Positions 6,366 through 13,311 of a DNA stretch of 27,160 nucleotides are shown here, piece by piece. Source of the DNA: an uncultured Gammaproteobacteria bacterium. Its GTDB lineage: Bacteria > Patescibacteriota > Microgenomatia > CAZETR01 > Amesbacteraceae. The notes under the pieces are model-generated. The model was not told the DNA's origin. It did not search any database and saw only the letters and a list, made by a program, of their open reading frames with translations. Position 1 is the stretch's first letter, and every line of letters begins with the position of its first letter. A program made the position numbers and the translations under genes. The stretch lies in NCBI GenBank assembly GCA_964360495.1, contig CAYHWU010000004.1, positions 1 through 27,160 on the forward strand, written 5' to 3'.

Positions 6366-8558
6366 TTAACACTCACTATAACCACAGCCATAGCATTTTT
6401 TACATCCTTCTTCAAAAGCAAAGGTTGCCTCTCCACACTTTGGACAAAGGTCACGATGAATAGTGAGTTGTTTTGGTGTTTCAGATTCAGGCTGATAGCC
6501 GATCATTCCAAAATGCATGCCCAGGGCACGGGCCACGGCATCTGGTAAACTCTTAATTTTGTTGGGCCCAAAACCGACAGATTTGCCTCCACCAATACCT
6601 TGGAGTTGCTGCATAATTTCTCGCGCCCGTTCACGGGCTGGCAAGTGATTGCCAAATCTCAAGGTTGTCGATATCAGTCGACCCAAGGCTTCTGCCATGG
6701 CAGCCACTTCACTGCCTGCTTTGCCAATAATCACAAATACTTCAAAAGGATTGCCATCGGGATCTTGGTTTACAGTAATAAACGATACCCCCAGAGGAGT
6801 TTCTATGCGATATGTAGCCCCTTCCACCTTAGCTGGTCTAGGCTTAACAGTTGGTGTAGTATCTTCTACGACATCAGATGGTTTGAAACCACAAGTCACA
6901 CACATTTTCTCTCCATCTTTCATAAACAAAATTGCATCACATTTTGGACATTTATCTCTTATTTTTTCTTTAGCATCCAGCACTTGTACTTGTCTACTTC
7001 CGTCTCTGTAAACCGTAATACTTTTGCATCCAGTTTCATATGCCATCCAATAGGCTTTATCTACGTCTTCAACTGTCGCATTGTTTGGTAAGTTGATAGT
7101 TTTAGAAACTGCATTATCTGTATATTTTTGGAAGGCAGCCTGATGTCTAACATGCCACTGCCAATCTATTTCCATTGAAGTTTTGAATATTCGTTTAATA
7201 TCGTCAGGAATATCCATGTTTTGAATGGATCCTTCTTTGGCAATTTTTTCTATCAATTCATCACTGTAGAAACCTCTCTTTTGAGCAATATCTTTAAAAA
7301 TCCAATGGGCATCGCGGAAGGATCCAACATAAGTATTCTTCATGGTCACAATCCCAAAGATCGGCTCTATGCCTGAAGAACAGCCTGCCAACAAACTAAT
7401 TGAACCAGTTGGAGCAATCGATGTCAGGGTGGTATTTTTACGTTTCCCCCCACCCAAGGAAATTGATTCCTCCTCGGCGGTATCGTTGATAAACTTCATT
7501 ACTTTCTCGCCTAATGTAAGGGCTTCTTCTGAATCATAAGGGATACCCAAAAGTAAAAGCATGTCTGCCCAGCCCATAATTCCCAATCCAATATTTTTGA
7601 AAAGGTTTGTTCTTTCTTGAATCTTTTTCACTGGCCAAAAAGCGACATCAATAGAGCCATCCAAGAAACGAACACCTGTGCGAGTGGCTGCTTCTAGTTC
7701 TTTCCAATCAATTTCGCCATTTGTTACAAATCTAGACAAATCTAAAGAGCCTAAATTACAAGAAACATGTGGAGGAAGCATTTGTTCACCGCAGGGATTA
7801 CATGCCTCCACTGGTTCTGGATATTTATTTAGTCTGTTAACAGTATCGATAAAAATAATTCCAGGATCACCATTATTCCAGGCATGTTGGACTATATAGT
7901 TCCAAAGATCACGAGCTTTAATAGTCTTGAACACCTTGCCTCCAAACTGTAAATCCCAATCAGCATCATCTTTTACTGCTTTCATAAACTTGTCAGTAAC
8001 TGCAACTGAAATATTAAATGTCCAGAAAGCACCCTCTTTATCTTTACACTGGATAAACTCAAAGATGTTTGGGTGATCACAATTGAGAATTCCCATTTGA
8101 GCTGCATGTTTTTTACCTGCTCTGTGAACCACTTCCATGGCATTATGGAAAAGGCCCATGAACGACACAGGACCACTAGCCTCCCCACCACTGGTACTAA
8201 TAAGATTTCCTTGAGGTCTCAAGTGACTAAAGTTGTAACCAGTTCCCCCACCATATTTTTGCACCTGACAAGCATCATTCAACGCCTGCATAATGCTGTC
8301 CAAACTATCGCCTACTGGAAAGACAAAACAACTGGAAGCAAATGGGTGCGCTGTGCCCATGTAAGCCATGCGTGAGGGAAAGAATTTCCCAACTTTTATT
8401 GCATCAAAGAATTCTTGAACCCTTCCAGTTTTTTCTCCTGCGTGCCCAGCCACTCTTTTCACCACGTCATCCCAAGTCTTCTCATCACCTTGGGTGTATC
8501 TTTTAACTAAAAGACTTTGGTTAACTTCTGGACGTGATATTGGAAATAAGTTTGGCAT
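6366..8558 (-). CDS. nrdJ: Class II (adenosylcobalamin-dependent) ribonucleotide reductase with C-terminal TSCPD-like and Zn-ribbon domains
   Basis: SSCFV, GGGTG, NPCGEQ, SCNLGSL, SIAPTGSIS, SSGIEP, AVSKTIN, YRDGSR and two CxxC..CxxC ribbons; no evident ATP cone. Confidence 0.93.
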   Translation of the reverse strand: MPNLFPISRPEVNQSLLVKRYTQGDEKTWDDVVKRVAGHAGEKTGRVQEFFDAIKVGKFFPSRMAYMGTAHPFASSCFVFPVGDSLDSIMQALNDACQVQKYGGGTGYNFSHLRPQGNLISTSGGEASGPVSFMGLFHNAMEVVHRAGKKHAAQMGILNCDHPNIFEFIQCKDKEGAFWTFNISVAVTDKFMKAVKDDADWDLQFGGKVFKTIKARDLWNYIVQHAWNNGDPGIIFIDTVNRLNKYPEPVEACNPCGEQMLPPHVSCNLGSLDLSRFVTNGEIDWKELEAATRTGVRFLDGSIDVAFWPVKKIQERTNLFKNIGLGIMGWADMLLLLGIPYDSEEALTLGEKVMKFINDTAEEESISLGGGKRKNTTLTSIAPTGSISLLAGCSSGIEPIFGIVTMKNTYVGSFRDAHWIFKDIAQKRGFYSDELIEKIAKEGSIQNMDIPDDIKRIFKTSMEIDWQWHVRHQAAFQKYTDNAVSKTINLPNNATVEDVDKAYWMAYETGCKSITVYRDGSRQVQVLDAKEKIRDKCPKCDAILFMKDGEKMCVTCGFKPSDVVEDTTPTVKPRPAKVEGATYRIETPLGVSFITVNQDPDGNPFEVFVIIGKAGSEVAAMAEALGRLISTTLRFGNHLPARERAREIMQQLQGIGGGKSVGFGPNKIKSLPDAVARALGMHFGMIGYQPESETPKQLTIHRDLCPKCGEATFAFEEGCKKCYGCGYSEC

Positions 8559-8563
8559 ATTTT

Positions 8564-9013
8564 TTAAATTGTCATTTTATCAATTAATTTTTCGTATTCA
8601 GTTATGTCTGAGACCTCCAAATAAACGGTTGAGAATCTCAGCCAGGCAACTTTGTCGATATTTTTTAGTCTTTTGAGAACCATCCTTCCAATTGTTTTGG
8701 ATGAGATCTCAGATGACTCCTTGCGCCGGACTTCCCTTTCGACATCTTCAGCCAATTGCCGAATCAGATCGATTGAGAAAGGCCTCTTGTCAAAAGAGCG
8801 AATAACCCCAGAGACAATTTTTTCGCGGTCAAAGGCTTGGCGACTGCCATCGCGCTTGATGACATAGATCGTTGGTCCCTCAACTCTTTCAAAAGTGGTA
8901 AAGCGCTTTTGGCACTTGTTACACTCTCGTCTTCTACGCAGCGATTGACCATCCTCAGCTACTCGCGACTCGAGTACCGAGATGTCAGCATTTGAACAAA
9001 ATGGACACTGCAT
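8564..9013 (-). CDS. nrdR: Transcriptional repressor NrdR
   Basis: MQCPFC...RRRRECNKCQKRFTTFE, an ATP cone, and 'DKVAWLRFSTVY'. Confidence 0.97.
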   Translation of the reverse strand: MQCPFCSNADISVLESRVAEDGQSLRRRRECNKCQKRFTTFERVEGPTIYVIKRDGSRQAFDREKIVSGVIRSFDKRPFSIDLIRQLAEDVEREVRRKESSEISSKTIGRMVLKRLKNIDKVAWLRFSTVYLEVSDITEYEKLIDKMTI

Positions 9014-9052
9014 ATAGTGACGCTCTTAACAATAGAACACTAAATATAGGGG
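9005..9052. promoter_or_regulatory. Tandem NrdR boxes overlapping the nrdR promoter and start codon
   Basis: ACACTGCATATAGTGA (9005-9020) and ACACTAAATATAGGGG (9037-9052) each match 13/16 of acaCwAtATaTwGtgt and lie 32 bp apart. Promoter TTGACC-17-TATTGT on the minus strand. Confidence 0.8.
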
Positions 9053-9072
9053 GTCAACTAGCAATTAGTGGA

Positions 9073-9654
9073 TCAGAGGGTCTCACTTATGCTTTTTGAG
9101 AGAGAAGTATTTATTTCAATCATGCGATCAACAGCAGCACCCTGTTCACCACTCAAACTTTTTTTGAAATCCAAAAGAATTTGATTATGTTTTTGGATAG
9201 AGACCGCTTGTTTTCCAAGCAAACTTTTGACGTCGCGACCAGACTTTTGAAGCCCGACTGTACGATTTACAGATTGCTCAAGATATTTTTCAGCTTTAGT
9301 GGCAGTTGTTAGACCCAGGTTTGATTTTCCACCCTCAATAAGAGCGACAGCAGCATTGATTCGCTTATCCGCCAAAAAGAGTTCTTTTTCGGCCTTGCTT
9401 TCGGGATCGAAAGTAAACCAGGTGGATACGATATCACGAGCGGCTTTGATACGATAAAGAGGACTATCAGGAAGAATTCCGGGGTAAGGTAGGTAGTAGT
9501 TTACATGAGCAGAAACTGTCGACGGTTCGGCTGCTTTTGGGCTAGTTGTAGCCAAAACTGAAAAGAAGAGAACCGCCAATCCAAAGACTACTGCCAAAGA
9601 AGAACCAATGATCGCGTTACGGATACTTCCCCAAGTATTGGTAATTTCATTCAT
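9073..9654 (-). CDS. DUF5667-type membrane-anchored helical protein
   Basis: TM helix followed by 'YYLPYPGILPDSPLY..K..RD'. Start uncertain (ATG 9654 versus TTG 9678). Confidence 0.75.
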   Translation of the reverse strand: MNEITNTWGSIRNAIIGSSLAVVFGLAVLFFSVLATTSPKAAEPSTVSAHVNYYLPYPGILPDSPLYRIKAARDIVSTWFTFDPESKAEKELFLADKRINAAVALIEGGKSNLGLTTATKAEKYLEQSVNRTVGLQKSGRDVKSLLGKQAVSIQKHNQILLDFKKSLSGEQGAAVDRMIEINTSLSKSISETL

Positions 9655-9682
9655 AGGGTGAGTACAAGTATGACACAATCTG

Positions 9683-10150
9683 TCAAACTCTGCAACCCGC
9701 TAGGGCTTTTGCCATGCTTTCTGTAATCAGATTTATCTTTTCGTGAGCTTCCTGTCTGGTCGTCATCTTGGCATGTTCTGGATAATAGTGAAAGACCATG
9801 TTACGACATTGCTTCCATGCTTCCCAGAGTAGCAAGGGGGTGTTGGTTCCTCCACAGTAATCAGTCAACTTGTCAAAAACCCAGTCATGCTGGTAACGTT
9901 TGGGTAAATTAGGATTGAGGGCTTTGCCAATTCTAAAACGATCGCCCTGATATTGTTGCTTGGTAATAATTTCCAAATTGTAAAAAAGCTTTTTCAAAAA
10001 ACCCTCAAAAGCTTTGGCAGCAGGGAAAACCACAAAACCATAATCATGGTAGTTATTATCAATCTTTAGAAGGTCTATGCTTTCGCGTATTAAATCCCGC
10101 ATTGGTTCATCCATGTATGCCCACCAATTTGTCTTCTCAATATCTTCCAT
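9683..10150 (-). CDS. HEPN-domain RNase, RnlA/RNase LS-like
   Basis: 'DYGFVVFPAAKAFEGFLKK' and an intact Rx4H motif (RNMVFH). Confidence 0.75.
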   Translation of the reverse strand: MEDIEKTNWWAYMDEPMRDLIRESIDLLKIDNNYHDYGFVVFPAAKAFEGFLKKLFYNLEIITKQQYQGDRFRIGKALNPNLPKRYQHDWVFDKLTDYCGGTNTPLLLWEAWKQCRNMVFHYYPEHAKMTTRQEAHEKINLITESMAKALAGCRV

Positions 10151-10151
10151 A
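10124..10151. repeat. 28-bp direct repeat, copy 1 (5' end of the HEPN gene)
   Basis: CCAATTTGTCTTCTCAATATCTTCCATA; 27/28 identical to 12081-12108. Confidence 0.92.
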
Positions 10152-10152
10152 G

Positions 10153-10383
10153 TTATTCTTTACAAATCTTACCTTTCTTTATTATCAAACTCAATTCCTT
10201 ATTACAGTTATCGCAATATGAATGAATTTCAGCATCCATGCCCTTGTTCAAGTCATAGTGTTCTAAAACATTGTCCACTGGATAAATATCATCAATTACT
10301 AAGTTTTTAGTCTGCCATTCGTCAATTTTTCCACCACATTTCGGACAATCAACTTTCACTTTAATGACATTAAACATTCCCAT
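10153..10383 (-). CDS. Small putative Zn-binding protein
   Basis: MGMFN...CPKCG...WQTK...CDNC (two CxxC motifs); TAGAAT 7 nt upstream. Confidence 0.75.
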   Translation of the reverse strand: MGMFNVIKVKVDCPKCGGKIDEWQTKNLVIDDIYPVDNVLEHYDLNKGMDAEIHSYCDNCNKELSLIIKKGKICKE

Positions 10384-10438
10384 TAATTTAATTCTACCCT
10401 ATTTGTACACAATACCCCATCGACAATTATACTCATTT

Positions 10439-10852
10439 CTACTTGATCAATTCCCTATTTTCATCCGTATCACTTAACAATTGAGCAGCAGCGATTCCCG
10501 TCAGTTTAGAATCAAATCTTATTATATCCTTTGAACCAAGAATTGAATTTGACAAATCAAATATTCTTACCGCTGCAGCTTCAACTGCTGGGGCATGGTT
10601 TCCTTCATAGTACATCTTAAGCAATGTTGCAAAAGTAGCAATGCTTGGCTCCACAGCCAATCTATCTGTAAACGGGGCTCTAGTAGCAAAATCAATCTTT
10701 TCTTCTAAATCCGGAACGGTATTTTCAAGCTGAATAAGCAATGAATTCTTAGCTACTTCTTTAGGGGTTTCCCCCAATTTCCTCGATCTAGCTTCTCTAT
10801 AGTTAGAAGCCATCCTATTATTTTTGGTTACCAAAGGTTCAATATCACTCAT
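10439..10852 (-). CDS. Hypothetical protein
   Basis: 137-aa ORF filling the intergenic space, co-oriented with its neighbours. Confidence 0.6.
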   Translation of the reverse strand: MSDIEPLVTKNNRMASNYREARSRKLGETPKEVAKNSLLIQLENTVPDLEEKIDFATRAPFTDRLAVEPSIATFATLLKMYYEGNHAPAVEAAAVRIFDLSNSILGSKDIIRFDSKLTGIAAAQLLSDTDENRELIK

Positions 10853-10885
10853 GATATGATCACTTATACTCTCTCTCTCTGAAAG

Positions 10886-12037
10886 TCAAGTTTTTATACG
10901 AAAAAGACTATTTATTTCCGTAACGGGAACAACTGAAATCTTTTCTCTTGTTTGTTCATTTTCACCTGCGTATACCAATATTCCGCGATCCAGGCTGGAA
11001 AACCCAAGAAAATAATTTAAGTTTTCAAAAAACTCGCCGTCTACCGTTGCACTAGATTTTATTTCGATAGGAACTATTTTTAGTGATTTTTCAATTATCA
11101 GATCAACTTCTCGCCCACTTTTGTCTCTCCAAAAATAAGCCCGAGGGTCTTCTCCGCGGTTGTAACAATATTTAAAATATTCTCCAATCACAAAGGACTC
11201 AAAAATAAATCCGTATGCTGGATGAGTTTTTAATTGCTCCACAGTATCAATACCCAGCAGTTTACAAGCCAAACCAGTATCGACAAAAAACATCTTGGGA
11301 GATTTGACAAGACGTTTGTTAAAATTTTTATAAAATGGTTCAATGGTATTAACAATAAAGCTTGTCTTCAAAAGAGAAATCCAGGATTTGGCTGTATTGT
11401 GGGAAATACCAGCATGGGTAGCCAAAGACGATAAATTTAGCTCTTGTCCAGTTCTACCTGCACAGAGTCTAATAAAATTTTCGAAGGTCGTTAAATCCCC
11501 CACTTTTGAGAGAGTTCTAATATCCCGATCTAAATAGGTTTGAATGTAGTTTCCATACCATTGAGATGGAGAAATATCAGAATCATGTAATTTTGGATAT
11601 CCTCCTTTCAAAATTAACTCAGATATTTTGTGTTCCCCTACTTCTTCTAAAGAAAGTGGCAGTAGTGTATGCAAAGCGATTCTACCTGCCAATGATTGAC
11701 CAATAGATTCCATCAATAAAAAGTGTTGTGATCCCGTCAAGATAAATCTTCCGTTTCCTTTATGATCATCAACATAAACCTGAAGATATGATAATAATTC
11801 TGGAACTCTTTGCACTTCGTCAAAAATGACATTTTCTGAATACTGGTCTAAAAAACCCCGTGGATCTTCCTGTGCGAATCGACGCAAATCTGGAGTTTCA
11901 AGATTTACATATTTATAGTCTGGAAAAACACTTTGAACCAAAGTCGTCTTTCCAGATTGACGTGGACCAACTATCCCAACTATTGGGTAATTATGAGCCG
12001 AATCCTTTATTATTTCAGCTATTTTTCGAACAATCAT
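10886..12037 (-). CDS. AAA_14 + DUF4143 ATPase
   Basis: GPRQSGKTT, IFDEVQ, LTGSQ, KSPKMFFVDTGL, YFWRDKSGREVDLI; promoter TTGACA-17-AATAAT-6-ATG. Confidence 0.9.
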   Translation of the reverse strand: MIVRKIAEIIKDSAHNYPIVGIVGPRQSGKTTLVQSVFPDYKYVNLETPDLRRFAQEDPRGFLDQYSENVIFDEVQRVPELLSYLQVYVDDHKGNGRFILTGSQHFLLMESIGQSLAGRIALHTLLPLSLEEVGEHKISELILKGGYPKLHDSDISPSQWYGNYIQTYLDRDIRTLSKVGDLTTFENFIRLCAGRTGQELNLSSLATHAGISHNTAKSWISLLKTSFIVNTIEPFYKNFNKRLVKSPKMFFVDTGLACKLLGIDTVEQLKTHPAYGFIFESFVIGEYFKYCYNRGEDPRAYFWRDKSGREVDLIIEKSLKIVPIEIKSSATVDGEFFENLNYFLGFSSLDRGILVYAGENEQTREKISVVPVTEINSLFRIKT

Positions 12038-12068
12038 AAGCTCATTATTGCACTAATTGGACAAATTG

Positions 12069-12107
12069 TCAATCGCATTGCCAATTTGTCTTCTCAACAT
12101 CTTCCAT
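12069..12107 (-). pseudogene. Truncated original 5' end of the HEPN gene (MEDVEKTNWQCD*)
   Basis: The first 9 codons match MEDIEKTNW; preceded by TATAAT-6-ATG. Confidence 0.7.
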
Positions 12108-12108
12108 A
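12081..12108. repeat. 28-bp direct repeat, copy 2
   Basis: CCAATTTGTCTTCTCAACATCTTCCATA. Confidence 0.92.
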
Positions 12109-12114
12109 AGGAAA

Positions 12115-12381
12115 TTATACTGCCAATCCTGCCCCTTTGATAATCCACTGCTTGATTAGAGACTGATATGGGGTATCTTGGCGGTGAGCGCGAACCTTAG
12201 CCAGTGAGATGATAGATTCTGGCAAACGGATAGTTACCGGCTTAGATGAAAGTTTGAGGTTTGGAAAAGCCCAACGCTGCATTTTGGAAAAATCCACGTA
12301 AAGACTCGCGTCGGCTTTTTGCCAAAAAGCTCTTTCTGCCTTCTCAGTCTTAAACTTTGGTATTCTTTTTAGTTGACTCAT
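12115..12381 (-). CDS. brnA: BrnA/CopG-type antitoxin
   Basis: 'IPKFKTEKAERAFW..' and C-terminal RHH 'VTIRLPE...PYQSLIKQWI'; downstream of a BrnT gene. Confidence 0.85.
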   Translation of the reverse strand: MSQLKRIPKFKTEKAERAFWQKADASLYVDFSKMQRWAFPNLKLSSKPVTIRLPESIISLAKVRAHRQDTPYQSLIKQWIIKGAGLAV

Positions 12382-12661
12382 ATCGTTCCACCTCCTCTCT
12401 GTGCATCCGTCGCGCGGAGATGATACGCACGGATTCTTTTCGAATTGTAAAAACTACAAATAACCAGACTTCGGCAATTGTTTTTCCAAGTCCAATATAT
12501 CTGGGCTCGGACTGAGAATGAGCAATATCTTCGACTACAAAAAACTCTTCACTGACAAAGATCTCTTCGGCTTCTTTGTGAGTAATACCGTGTTTTTCGT
12601 AACTTTTGTCCAGATTTCCCTTATCCCATTCGAATTTAAGAATATCTGGAAGATACCTCAT
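12350..12661 (-). CDS. brnT: BrnT-family (DUF497) toxin
   Basis: FEWDKGN...KHGI...EPRY..LG...VVFTIR...VRIISAR. Start at 12661 from TAATAT-6-ATG (alternative 12667). Confidence 0.9.
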   Translation of the reverse strand: MRYLPDILKFEWDKGNLDKSYEKHGITHKEAEEIFVSEEFFVVEDIAHSQSEPRYIGLGKTIAEVWLFVVFTIRKESVRIISARRMHREEVERYESTKKNTKV

Positions 12662-12697
12662 GTACATATATTACATGTACACTCCTATAAATGTCAA
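12662..12697 (-). promoter_or_regulatory. BrnTA promoter TTGACA-18-TAATAT with an inverted-repeat operator
   Basis: Inverted repeat GTACAT (12662-12667)/ATGTAC (12675-12680) flanks the -10 box. Confidence 0.7.
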
Positions 12698-12727
12698 TGG
12701 TTGTTTCTCGATGATACAATTACTTTA

Positions 12728-13154
12728 ATGGCTGCTATGCCTAGCAGTATGCAAAAGAATTCTGAACCAACATTCCGCCCCCCCCAGAATCACCTGGTAT
12801 CATGTTGGTGATTTGTGGGATGGATATTATTTCACATCCATGTTGTATTGGGCAATAACTATTCCTACTTTGTTTTTGCCAGAAAAAGTGCAAAAGTTTA
12901 CTCCTGAACAACTTAGACTTGCGATTGCTTTTGCATCAGTGGTGGGGGCTATTTCTTATGTTGAGGCAAAAGACCCATTAGATATTCCAGCCGGAGTATT
13001 GGATGCAACTATATTTGTAGTTTCTCACTTGGGTAGAGAAAAAGCAGTTAAAGTGGTAAAGAAAATTGGCAATAAAGCGATTGGAGAACTTCCAAAGATT
13101 GCTGAAAAAATCAAATCACTTTCAGCCCCAAAGGTGAAACAGTCCGCCCACTGA
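12728..13154 (+). pseudogene. Small membrane protein gene apparently frameshifted in a C8 tract (12778-12785)
   Basis: TACAAT precedes ATG 12728 by 7 nt. That frame stops at 12811, but removing one C fuses it with the open frame of ORF 12813-13154, which has hydrophobic helices. Confidence 0.5.
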
Positions 13155-13274
13155 AAGCAAAATTCCTAGTCCCAACCAGCCCAAAACAAAAATGACAATG
13201 GCGTTTAAGATCCAATCCAACATCTTTTCTTCTTTTGGATCGAGCTGGTCACTTGTTACTTTTTTGGTGGCCAT
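13122..13274 (-). CDS. 50-aa single-pass membrane protein (not in the ORF track)
   Basis: MATKKVTSDQLDPKEEKMLDWILNAIVIFVLGWLGLGILLSVGGLFHLWG*; TATATT-6-ATG. Confidence 0.6.
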   Translation of the reverse strand: MATKKVTSDQLDPKEEKMLDWILNAIVIFVLGWLGLGILLSVGGLFHLWG

Positions 13275-13311
13275 TGCTCAAATATAAAACTTATTACGTT
13301 ATAATTCAACT

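Larger units (their letters stand above)
10152..12080 (-). mobile_element. ~1.9-kb three-gene island bounded by a 28-bp direct repeat
   Basis: The flanking repeat equals the first 9 codons of the HEPN gene; no integrase is encoded inside. Confidence 0.6.

Noticed and set aside
6366-8558. Intein or intron in nrdJ
   Set aside because: The catalytic motifs are contiguous, the length is normal and no splicing motifs are present.
10869-10880. (CT)6 microsatellite
   Set aside because: Short and intergenic, with no link to a clear promoter spacer; low information.
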